DNA of 32,000 nt from Aeropyrum pernix K1 (lineage in GTDB: Archaea; Thermoproteota; Thermoprotei_A; Sulfolobales; Acidilobaceae): the NCBI RefSeq assembly GCF_000011125.1, contig NC_000854.2:480001-512000 (forward strand), given 5' to 3'. The position numbers and the translations under genes were made by a program. The first letter of the stretch is position 1. Each line of letters begins with the position of its first letter. The notes under the pieces are model-generated. The model made no database searches, was not told the DNA's origin, and was given only the letters and a program-made list of their open reading frames with translations. This document shows, piece after piece, positions 1 to 7,551 of the stretch.

Positions 1-58
1 GCCCCATTCTCTCGTGCAACCTGGGCTTCTCGTATGGTAAGCAATACATCATCAAGAA

Positions 59-400
59 TCAACCCCTAGACTCCAGCTCTACCCTTAGCTTCCCGTTGCC
101 GTCCAGCCTCTGCTTGGCCGCATCTAGAAGCTCTCTGGCCTTCTCCTCGGCCAGTTCTTTCAACACAGCCCGAGTGAGCTCCCTTTCGAGCCCCAGCCTC
201 GCATCTTCCAGGATTTTTCTTGCCTCTCTCAGCCTCTCAGCGGCTTCCGAGCGCTTCTCCCTGTCCACCGCCATGATCGAGGCATAGCCAGAGTAGCAGG
301 CGTCGCTGCCTGGGCATAATCTCTTCTCGATCTCGATCAAGACGTTTATGTAATGCTCAATCAGGGCCACGGCCTCAGCAACTACCCAAGACCTAGCCAC
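59..400 (-). CDS. Hypothetical coiled-coil protein (113 aa), provirus regulatory module
   Basis: The ORF lies 6 nt downstream of the wHTH gene on the same strand. It has a charged E/R/K/L-rich C-terminal half. No recognisable family. Confidence 0.5.
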   Translation of the reverse strand: MARSWVVAEAVALIEHYINVLIEIEKRLCPGSDACYSGYASIMAVDREKRSEAAERLREARKILEDARLGLERELTRAVLKELAEEKARELLDAAKQRLDGNGKLRVELESRG

Positions 401-406
401 CCTCCC

Positions 407-673
407 TCACCCCGTTATTATTGCGCCTATCTTTTCCAGCACCTGCTCGCCCGCCTTGGTCAGGTAGTACTTGCCCTGCCCGTTCTTGTCGACAAGGTTC
501 AGCGCGAGTAGCTTCTGCATGAGCCCGTGTGCGCTGCTGGGTGGTATGCCCAGCGAGTCGCTTATCTCCTTCAGGCTGGCCCCCTGGGGCTTCTCCCTCA
601 AAAAACGCAGAGCCCTAAGCTCTCGGACGGAAAGCCTGTCCAGCCAGTTCACACTCGACACCTCACAGACCAA
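407..673 (-). CDS. Small winged-helix (MarR/TrmB-like) DNA-binding protein, 88 aa
   Basis: SLKEISDSLGIPPSSAHGLMQKLLALNLVDKNGQGKYYLTKAG fits a helix-turn-helix plus beta-wing pattern. The gene is divergent from another wHTH gene. Confidence 0.7.
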   Translation of the reverse strand: MVCEVSSVNWLDRLSVRELRALRFLREKPQGASLKEISDSLGIPPSSAHGLMQKLLALNLVDKNGQGKYYLTKAGEQVLEKIGAIITG

Positions 674-760
674 TTCCTAATTTGGAATTTGGAAATATTT
701 AAGTGTTTACCATTTGGAATTCCAGTTTCCATTTTTAAACTTCCAGATTTGGAATTAAGA
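673..760. promoter_or_regulatory. Divergent promoter/operator region with an array of TTTGGAA / TTCCA half-sites and two TATA-like boxes
   Basis: TTTGGAA occurs at 681-687, 688-694, 713-719 and 748-754. The inverted TTCCA occurs at 720-724, 727-731 and 741-745. TATA-like elements are aaatatttaag (694-704) and atttttaaac (731-740). Confidence 0.55.
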
Positions 761-773
761 ACGGGTTTCTACG

Positions 774-1433
774 GTGGCGCTCAGAAAACCCATAGTAAGC
801 CCCACCACAGCATCTATACTAATACTACTACTACAGAGGGCCCAAGCCTCAAGCGTCGAGCTGGCCGTCGAGCTGGGCGTCTACCCCAGCCAGGTCAACG
901 CCTATCTGCATTATTACAGGAAGCAGGGTATAGTCGAGAAGAGCGGCGATGTCTGGCGGCTCACAGAAGATGGTTTAAAATATGTGCAGGAGCGCTATGA
1001 TTATTTAACTAATGTGGCTTCGGCTTTCGGAATAAAAATTAATAAAGATGAATCAAGAAGAATAAATCTTTATTCCGAAATTAGAAAGGTCGCTGTTGAG
1101 TGGCTCAACGGCCACGAGGATTGCCTGTTTATCGTCGACTTCCTGGCTTTCCTATATTTCGAGAGGGGTAAGACGTACTTCGAGGCTGGACGGGGGCTGG
1201 CCGACAGCCTGGCAGAGGCCCTGGAAGAGTATAGTAGTGGTGGTTATGTCAGCCCCTTCCGCGTCCAGGAGTGTCTCGCAGAGCTGTCCCAGAGGGGCGT
1301 CGTCTACATCTGGCGGGGGCGGAAGGTCAGGCTGGCCAAGCAGCTTATAGAGGCCGCCCGAAGACAAGCTCCCGCAGCTCCCGCAGCCTCTCGACCACCT
1401 GGACGCCCTTATCCGTCAGGCGGACGCATTTAA
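774..1433 (+). CDS. Two-domain winged-helix protein, 219 aa (GTG start)
   Basis: The N-terminal SSVELAVELGVYPSQVNAYLHYYRKQGIVEKSGDVWRLTEDG is wHTH-like. The C-terminal RVQECLAELSQRGVVYIWRGRKVRL looks like a second wHTH. The low-complexity tail overlaps the convergent gene. Confidence 0.6.
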   Translation: MALRKPIVSPTTASILILLLQRAQASSVELAVELGVYPSQVNAYLHYYRKQGIVEKSGDVWRLTEDGLKYVQERYDYLTNVASAFGIKINKDESRRINLYSEIRKVAVEWLNGHEDCLFIVDFLAFLYFERGKTYFEAGRGLADSLAEALEEYSSGGYVSPFRVQECLAELSQRGVVYIWRGRKVRLAKQLIEAARRQAPAAPAASRPPGRPYPSGGRI

Positions 1434-1629
1434 CCCTTACACCCTTCTCCTCGCTAAAACAAACCGTCTCCTCTATGAGCCCTAGCCTCTTAAGGTGCTC
1501 CACGTTCTGGTAGAACGAGCCCGACCCAGCGAAATCTATAATCTTATGCTGGGGGAGCTCCCTAGCGTTATACCTTATAAACGTTAATAGAAACTTCTCG
1601 ACGCCGCCGCGCTTAAACAACAGCTCCAA
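1345..1629 (-). CDS. Small winged-helix DNA-binding protein, 94 aa
   Basis: YQNVEHLKRLGLIEETV...VRLTDKGVQVVERL fits a recognition helix plus wing pattern. The gene overlaps the 774..1433 ORF convergently by 89 nt. Confidence 0.6.
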   Translation of the reverse strand: MELLFKRGGVEKFLLTFIRYNARELPQHKIIDFAGSGSFYQNVEHLKRLGLIEETVCFSEEKGVRVKCVRLTDKGVQVVERLRELRELVFGRPL

Positions 1630-1677
1630 GGCCTCTCTACCAAGGCTTAGTTTTGCCTGTGTAATTCTTATATGATA

Positions 1678-1693
1678 ATTCGGTATACCGAAT
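1678..1693. promoter_or_regulatory. Perfect 16-bp palindrome ATTCGGTATACCGAAT, candidate operator
   Basis: The sequence is exactly self-complementary. It lies 49-64 nt upstream of the start of the 1345..1629 wHTH gene, next to an AT-rich TATA-like stretch (ttcttatatgataatt). Confidence 0.4.
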
Positions 1694-1702
1694 CAAGAAG
1701 GG

Positions 1703-1879
1703 TTGGGATCCTTGGCTAGGGCTGGCCCAATAATAATTATTTCCTTAGGGGGGTTTGCATCACTAGTGGTGTTATTCTCAAGGGTGGATCGCGAGATTGC
1801 AGCGTGGCTAGGGCTAGGTGTCATTCTCACCATGATCCTTGCGGTGCTCCTTGGTGGGCATGTTGTGTTTAGACGCTAA
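1703..1879 (+). CDS. Possible small two-TM membrane protein (58 aa, TTG start), below the ORF-track cutoff
   Basis: Manual translation gives LGSLARAGPIIIISLGGFASLVVLFSRVDREIAAWLGLGVILTMILAVLLGGHVVFRR, with two hydrophobic segments. Confidence 0.3.
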   Translation: MGSLARAGPIIIISLGGFASLVVLFSRVDREIAAWLGLGVILTMILAVLLGGHVVFRR

Positions 1880-1977
1880 GTATAAGCCCGTTATTAACCC
1901 GATGAGCCATGCAAGGAACCCCCCGACAAAATATGTTAACTATGTCGACGCATTCCTCTATCAACCCTGTACACCCA

Positions 1978-2151
1978 TCACTTCCCGAATGTTGGCTCCT
2001 CGGCTAAGAGCTCTTCCAGCTCCGCCTCGTACAGTTCTATAGCCTCTAACGCCCTCTTACGGGCCTCTGGCCATCCCGCCAGCCTCATGTTCATCTCTCT
2101 CTTGAGCTTAACCAAGAGCCGCAGGATGGCCTCACGCTCGCAGCCAGACAT
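1978..2151 (-). CDS. Possible small helical protein (57 aa, ATG start), below the ORF-track cutoff
   Basis: Manual translation gives MSGCEREAILRLLVKLKREMNMRLAGWPEARKRALEAIELYEAELEELLAEEPTFGK. No homology recognised. Confidence 0.3.
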   Translation of the reverse strand: MSGCEREAILRLLVKLKREMNMRLAGWPEARKRALEAIELYEAELEELLAEEPTFGK

Positions 2152-2256
2152 CACCAGCCACCACTCTAATACAAAACGTGGGGTGGGGGCGGGGAGGGAG
2201 GCGCCCGAAATAGAGCGGAGGGCCAGGGAGAAATTGGGGCTTAGGGGTGGGGTTCG

Positions 2257-2580
2257 TTAGAGGCCTGAGGCTACAGCGCTGAATATGATGAAGGCGAACG
2301 CTAGGCTTACCGCCAAGTACCCGTATATTATTGCTAGGGCTATGGCAGCCCTTCTCAGGCGTCTCCCTGGGGGGGCTATGGCTACCCACAGGGCGGCCGC
2401 GGCCATCGCTACGGCTGCCGCCGCCTGGCCCGTCGCCCCGCTCCCAGTCGCGAGCGCTATTGGGAGCCCGAGCAGGGTTAGGGGTGCTCTCACGGCATCC
2501 CCGCCTAGAGCCATGCCCAGCAGCGTGAGCGGCATGTATAGTGCTGTGAGGAAGAGGAGGGCTGGGACGGCCCTTTCCAA
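2257..2580 (-). CDS. Hydrophobic multi-TM membrane protein, 107 aa
   Basis: The product has 3-4 predicted TM segments. It is preferred over the overlapping P/R-rich 153-aa ORF and the plus-strand ORFs at the same locus. Confidence 0.5.
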   Translation of the reverse strand: MERAVPALLFLTALYMPLTLLGMALGGDAVRAPLTLLGLPIALATGSGATGQAAAAVAMAAAALWVAIAPPGRRLRRAAIALAIIYGYLAVSLAFAFIIFSAVASGL

Positions 2581-2632
2581 GCGTGGCCACCAAAAAATCT
2601 GGGGGGTTTAGGGCGTTAATTAAGGGCTACAG

Positions 2633-4669
2633 CTAGGAGGGCTGGAGGGAGATGCTCTCGATCACGCCATAGGCTTTAACGAAGACTCCAGAGACCTGTA
2701 ACAGCGAGGCGTCGGCCAGAGCCTTCAGACCTACCTCGACATAGTAGTCGCCAGCACCTAGCTGGAGGTTGTTCAGCTCGAAGGACAGGGTTTTCACCCC
2801 CTCCATACCAGGGGGTAGATCCTTCTCGATAGTTACTACAGTATCCTCTACATGCTTTATCAAGTTGCCGCTGGGATCGTAGAGCTTCACAACGGCTATC
2901 ACGTAACCCGTGTTTCCATAGCTGTCAACACCGTAGTAGTACACCATCATCAGGATCCTGAGAGTGTAGCTGCCGCTGGCTGGTGCATTGAGCCTAACCT
3001 TGCTGTAGGCATATGCCCATGCATCCTCGTATATATCGCTAAAAGCAGCTACCCTCAGCAGCCAGCCGTCTCCCGAGACACCATAGTCTGCATAATAGCT
3101 TGTTAGACTGAGGAAGCCAGTGCTGTCTCCTCCAGTCTCGACAAGCTCCCCGCTCCAGAGCGCCTTCGGCTCCTGCAGAGGGTCTAGGGGAGACCTCCCG
3201 AGCCTCTGAGCCAGGTCCAGGTACAACTTGAGGGCCTGCACCGCCAGGATGGTGCTCTCGCTGTTCACTACGGCAAAGGGCCACTCGCTGGGCATGGGTC
3301 TCAATGCTTCTCCCACATCATAACCTAGAGTTGCCAGGACTCCAGTTACAGAGTCGAGGCCGCTTGTAAAAGTGTCCAGGATACCCCAGGCGCTAGGTTT
3401 TGAGACGAGGCTGCCTATATCATAGGCGGCGGGCCACCATCCCCTGAATAGGGCTAGCCTCACAGGGCCCCAGGGTGTGTCGTGCTCATAATCCCACTGT
3501 AGTCTGACAAGGATGCCAGCCAGCCTATCGGCCATATAAAGTATGTCGTTGCCAGCCACCCACCTATCACCAGTCGTGTCATAGTACTTTACCAAGGCTG
3601 CCAGCAGAGTCGCATTGAGATATACTGGATAACCCTTGTAGCTCCAGCTAAGCCCGTAAACATTGGCCTTCTTGAGCCCGTACCCATCCCATCCGCCCTC
3701 TATAATTGCCTCTGCGATTAGCTGCTCCGCTTCGCTCTGAGCACTGGCGCCATACTTGTCAAGGAGATGCATAGCTCTAAGTAGCTTATGTAGGGGGAAC
3801 TCCTTCCACCCAGAGATAGCCTCGTTGAAAAGGCCGAGGGAGTCGAGAATGTAGATCCTGCTCTTGTAAGGATAGTTAACCAAGTAGTCGCCCACCTGCC
3901 AGGGGTGCCCTTCATAGCCGTTCCAGGAGAGCCAGGTGCTGTACCTGTAGTCGAAGAAGCTGTCTGGATACGTTTTACTCCTGCCAAAGAGCGGCGCATA
4001 CACGTCGTAGTTAAAGTCTACAACATTGTCCCAAAGCTCCTTCATCTTACGTGGATAGTAGCTGTAGCCCTCGTCCTCCAGCAGCCAAGCCGCTATTATG
4101 GTGCTGTGCCTGAGGACGTATCTCGCACTGTGGAACTTGTAGTCGTTCCCCTCATAGATTGTTTTGGTGGTGCTCCAGCCCTGTGTAACGCCGTAGTACC
4201 AGTACGATCCTCTGGTGCCTAGCGCTAGGTCGAACTGGTATTCAGATTCGTCGACGTATACTAGTAGCTCGTCAGTATTGTAATCAACGTTAGTGAGCGA
4301 TGCATAAATCACTATGTCATAGTCGCTGTCGCTGTCGACATTGAAGTAGTATCGCCACGCTACCATATTGTTTGTGACGCCAACCAGCTCCGTCTTGTAA
4401 TATTTGTCGCCAGGATCTAGGAAGCTACCTGGAACATAGAGTTCGCCGTTGTACTTAACCATGATTGTCGGGCTGGGGTAATCTGGCATTACGTAGTAGG
4501 TGCTACCGTTAACGTCTACGGGCCTGATGGCATCGAGAACTGCCTGGACACCCAGGTCTATCGCATTCTGCACGTCAGTCAGCGTCAGCCCGCTGGCCTT
4601 CACTGGTACAGCATAGAGTATCGCCTGCGCTAACAGGAGAGCGACCAGAGCTAGAGACGCCACCCTCAA
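2633..4669 (-). CDS. Large secreted protein, 678 aa (TTG start). Possibly an alpha-helical toroid glycan-binding or hydrolase-like domain plus a C-terminal beta-sandwich.
   Basis: The N-terminal signal peptide is MRVASLALVALLLAQAILYAVPVKASG. The product is very rich in Y, W and D, and is a long uninterrupted ORF. The function call is weak inference. Confidence 0.8.
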   Translation of the reverse strand: MRVASLALVALLLAQAILYAVPVKASGLTLTDVQNAIDLGVQAVLDAIRPVDVNGSTYYVMPDYPSPTIMVKYNGELYVPGSFLDPGDKYYKTELVGVTNNMVAWRYYFNVDSDSDYDIVIYASLTNVDYNTDELLVYVDESEYQFDLALGTRGSYWYYGVTQGWSTTKTIYEGNDYKFHSARYVLRHSTIIAAWLLEDEGYSYYPRKMKELWDNVVDFNYDVYAPLFGRSKTYPDSFFDYRYSTWLSWNGYEGHPWQVGDYLVNYPYKSRIYILDSLGLFNEAISGWKEFPLHKLLRAMHLLDKYGASAQSEAEQLIAEAIIEGGWDGYGLKKANVYGLSWSYKGYPVYLNATLLAALVKYYDTTGDRWVAGNDILYMADRLAGILVRLQWDYEHDTPWGPVRLALFRGWWPAAYDIGSLVSKPSAWGILDTFTSGLDSVTGVLATLGYDVGEALRPMPSEWPFAVVNSESTILAVQALKLYLDLAQRLGRSPLDPLQEPKALWSGELVETGGDSTGFLSLTSYYADYGVSGDGWLLRVAAFSDIYEDAWAYAYSKVRLNAPASGSYTLRILMMVYYYGVDSYGNTGYVIAVVKLYDPSGNLIKHVEDTVVTIEKDLPPGMEGVKTLSFELNNLQLGAGDYYVEVGLKALADASLLQVSGVFVKAYGVIESISLQPS

Positions 4670-4759
4670 GGCGCATCGGTGTTTAAAATATCAAGGATAA
4701 TGTCTAGTCTATCACTAATTCATGGCCGCTCTAGGCTACTCTAAACAGCTTCCATCGCC

Positions 4760-5614
4760 TTAAATCCGTCTGGCCAGAGCTACAGCTCTCGCCAGGGCGA
4801 TTGCAGCCGCCAGGGCCCCTCCAGCCGCTGCAGCCGCCTCGGGCAGACCCCAGTACTGACCCCTTGCCTTAGCCTCTGCAATGTACTGCTTGGTAGAGTT
4901 GTACAGGTAGTAAGGGTCCTTTATGGCTGGGTCGTTAGCTGGCTCTATGAAAGTGTTCTCATGGTACTCGTTCCAGCTAGTTATGGCTATCAATCTCACT
5001 CTGTCAAGGTTGCGGAGCACCCATTCCCACTGCCTCTCGTACCAGCCCTGGGATAGGTCGTAGTCTATAGAGAGGCCAGGGCTCCTGAAGTGGTCATCCC
5101 TATAACGTGGGGTGAGGACAACATAGCCGTCCCTCCTCACCCTCAGCTCCCCGCTCAACGCATTGTCGTAGTCTGGCCAGTAGTCCCAATCCTGGTAGCC
5201 TGCACTGTCAATGTCATTACCTACTATCCTGATTGCGTAGCCAGGGAAGTCGGGCCTCGGGTCGTATGCCAAGCCTATAGGGTTGAACGCCAGCACCAGG
5301 GGCTTGCCGTCCAGCCTGAGATATGCTCCTGGGTAGCGGTCGATGAAATTTTGCTTTATATAAGCTAGGGTCTGCTCCCAGAACGCCCTGTCATACCTCG
5401 AGGGGTCGTTGCCGAGATAGGGCTCAACGAATATGGCGGCCTTGAGTCCGTAGAGCTGCGCCCTCCAGAACACCCTCCTAGCCGCCTCGTCCTCGAAGCC
5501 CCCTGGCCCCCACCACGATATGAAGAGGCAGTCTATGCCAGCCTCCCGCATCCTCTGGAGCTGCCAGTCGATAACCCTAACGTCCCTGCTGTCGTAGAGG
5601 CCGATAACAGGCAC
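4760..5614 (-). CDS. GH99-like glycoside hydrolase with a C-terminal hydrophobic anchor. The true N-terminus appears to extend to a GTG at 5765 but is broken by a 1-nt frame change.
   Basis: ITSWNEYHENTFIEP resembles the GH99 NEWHEG catalytic motif, and GIDCLFISWWGPG also fits. The in-frame but start-less upstream codons encode VCVYFYPWYSGDGRHW, a GH99-type N-terminal motif. Confidence 0.85.
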   Translation of the reverse strand: MPVIGLYDSRDVRVIDWQLQRMREAGIDCLFISWWGPGGFEDEAARRVFWRAQLYGLKAAIFVEPYLGNDPSRYDRAFWEQTLAYIKQNFIDRYPGAYLRLDGKPLVLAFNPIGLAYDPRPDFPGYAIRIVGNDIDSAGYQDWDYWPDYDNALSGELRVRRDGYVVLTPRYRDDHFRSPGLSIDYDLSQGWYERQWEWVLRNLDRVRLIAITSWNEYHENTFIEPANDPAIKDPYYLYNSTKQYIAEAKARGQYWGLPEAAAAAGGALAAAIALARAVALARRI

Positions 5615-5767
5615 TGCAAGAACAGTGCTGTCCCAGTGCCTCCCATCACCGCTGTACCATGGGTAGAAGTAGACGCAGACTATAGGCTGGCTAGAGGAGT
5701 ATACCGTGATGGGGGCTGTAGATAGTGCTAGCAGGAAAAAAGAGTAGTGCTGCTTCTCTTCTCACGG

Positions 5768-6436
5768 CTACCTCCCCAGCTTGCCTACAATACCCACCAT
5801 CCTGTCGAGAATCTTTATGACGACACCGAAAACAGCAACAACAACCAGCAGCGGCATCACGGCGGCTACAGCCTCTGTTATAGCGCTGGGGTCGTACATG
5901 GCGCTATAATCTGGCTCCGTCGACAATGTTATACTGCCAGCGGTGAAAGCCTGGGTGGTGCCGTCAGGCGTGTGGGCCCATATGTCGGCTAGGCTAGGCG
6001 CATTTATGTTGGCTAGCTCGTACAGCAGGTTTCCAGCGTCGTCGTAGATCTGAAGCTTGTCCTGGCGGTACTTTATTGTAAGCCCTGCTAGCTGGCTCCA
6101 GTCCCCCAGAACTACGTCAGTCGTGACGCCTAGCGCAGGGGCCTGTAGCACTATGCTCCCGCTGGTCTTGAAGAATAGAATCAGCACCTCATTAGCGGCT
6201 GAGTCCCTGAAGCTTAGTGCCAGGTTGTCGGTTGCTGGGGCGTTTGTAGTGGAGTCTATGTTAACCTGCAGCCCGCTCCAGGCGACGGTTATCAGTGCTG
6301 GAGGGTCTACTGGGAAGCTGTATGTCTGGTTGACTACTGTAGCGTCTATGGTTACGCTGGCCGCTGCCAGGGCTGGCGCTGCTGGCGCCACCAGCAGTGC
6401 TATAGCTATTGCAAAAGCGACTAGTGGGAGCTTCAT
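5768..6436 (-). CDS. Secreted, C-terminally membrane-anchored protein, 222 aa (candidate virion or envelope protein)
   Basis: The signal peptide is MKLPLVAFAIAIALLVAPAAPALA and the C-terminal TM segment is AVMPLLVVVAVFGVVIKIL. The stop is 2 nt from the GTG of the next gene. Confidence 0.75.
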   Translation of the reverse strand: MKLPLVAFAIAIALLVAPAAPALAAASVTIDATVVNQTYSFPVDPPALITVAWSGLQVNIDSTTNAPATDNLALSFRDSAANEVLILFFKTSGSIVLQAPALGVTTDVVLGDWSQLAGLTIKYRQDKLQIYDDAGNLLYELANINAPSLADIWAHTPDGTTQAFTAGSITLSTEPDYSAMYDPSAITEAVAAVMPLLVVVAVFGVVIKILDRMVGIVGKLGR

Positions 6437-6457
6437 GGTAACCCCCTCTAGCGCGGT

Positions 6458-6715
6458 TTATGTGAAGCTCCTGAACACCCTCTCTATCACGTCGAAGATC
6501 TTCATTAGGAATATCAGGGGTATCAGCAGGGCGAAGAGGCTCATTATTATCGGTAGCATCTGGTTTATTATGCTTGTCATGTCTGTAGTCGTGGTCTGGC
6601 CGAGCACTGCAAGGGCTAGGGCTACGCCCGCCAGGGCCCTTGCCTTGAAGCCTGTGGCCGCGTGTTTGATGCTCTCTCTAAGGCCTGCCAGGGCCCTCCT
6701 TAGCCTACCTATCAA
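6458..6715 (-). CDS. Small protein with two hydrophobic helices, 85 aa (candidate spindle/ovoid-virus major capsid-like protein)
   Basis: A basic N-terminus is followed by ALAGVALALAVLG and MLPIIMSLFALLIPLIFLMKIF. This architecture resembles fusellovirus-type MCPs. Assignment is by inference only. Confidence 0.6.
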   Translation of the reverse strand: MIGRLRRALAGLRESIKHAATGFKARALAGVALALAVLGQTTTTDMTSIINQMLPIIMSLFALLIPLIFLMKIFDVIERVFRSFT

Positions 6716-6803
6716 GGCTACCGCCTCTATGTAGACCTGTTATGACTTCGAAATTGTTTAGAGCTCCTCTTTTACAATAGATTAAGGTGGGTGCCCCCGC
6801 TAC

Positions 6804-7088
6804 ATGGCGGCTCTCAGTCCTCCAAAGAGGGTGACCTTGGCGTTCGTTCACAGGGAGACTGGCAGTGTGCATAAGAAGAGGCAGTTCGAGTTCCGCAACG
6901 AGCATAGGGCCCTGATAAAGATGTGGGCCTGGGTGTTGAGCTACATGGAGGAGTACCCTCCGAAGTCCTACCGCCTAGTAGCATACATACATGAGGGCCC
7001 CTACCCCGAGTTCATAGCCAGAAAGCTCAGGGAGTGGAATATACGGGTTATAGAGCCCAGCGGAAAGGGTATAGAGGTGTACAAGTAG
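6804..7088 (+). CDS. Hypothetical protein, 94 aa
   Basis: An ATG ORF is preceded by aaggtgggtg (SD-like). No family recognised. Confidence 0.5.
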   Translation: MAALSPPKRVTLAFVHRETGSVHKKRQFEFRNEHRALIKMWAWVLSYMEEYPPKSYRLVAYIHEGPYPEFIARKLREWNIRVIEPSGKGIEVYK

Positions 7089-7175
7089 TGGTGTGGTACC
7101 AGGACCCAGTGCAGGTCGTGCTGGTGACGTTCGTAGCCGCTGGTATGGCGTACCTAGGCTACAGGCTCGTTAAGC

Positions 7176-7541
7176 TTATACTCGACTCCTTCTAACGATC
7201 ATAGTCCTTGCCAGTCTAGATACTCTACCTCTAGGCAGCCTCCACTCCCTCAGCACGTACTCGACCAGGAAATCGGTGGCCTCGACTATCATCCTAGGCG
7301 CCCTATGCCTCCTTGCCAGGAGCTTTAGGAAGTTGAGCCTCCTAACAGCTAGCTCTTTCGTCATCTTAATTCTCTTACAGCTCCTGTTCTCGTAGGTGTA
7401 CCCCCTCCTAAGGTCTCTTAGTATTAGCTTTGCTATTGCAGCGGCCTCGGCTAGAGTATCTATGCCAGGCCGCCTAGCCCTCCTAACATACACACCCTCC
7501 TTGCGGGCGTAGCAACTCTTAGGCCCCTGATAGACTGGCAT
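7176..7541 (-). CDS. Highly basic hypothetical protein, 121 aa
   Basis: The ORF is Arg/Lys-rich and lies 10 nt downstream of the 7552..8331 gene on the same strand. Confidence 0.55.
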   Translation of the reverse strand: MPVYQGPKSCYARKEGVYVRRARRPGIDTLAEAAAIAKLILRDLRRGYTYENRSCKRIKMTKELAVRRLNFLKLLARRHRAPRMIVEATDFLVEYVLREWRLPRGRVSRLARTMIVRRSRV

Positions 7542-7551
7542 ACTCCCACCC

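Noticed and set aside
2132-2593. A 153-aa minus-strand ORF and the overlapping plus-strand ORFs 2285..2611 and 2331..2528
   Set aside because: They have P/R/G-rich low-complexity translations typical of off-frame reading in GC-rich DNA. The hydrophobic 107-aa frame (2257..2580) is the only protein-like one.
7089-7199. A 36-codon GTG ORF (VVWYQDPVQVVLVTFVAAGMAYLGYRLVKLILDSF) starting right after the 6804..7088 stop
   Set aside because: It is a plausible single-TM micro-protein, but it is very short and overlaps the 3' end of the convergent 7176..7541 gene. There is not enough evidence to call it.
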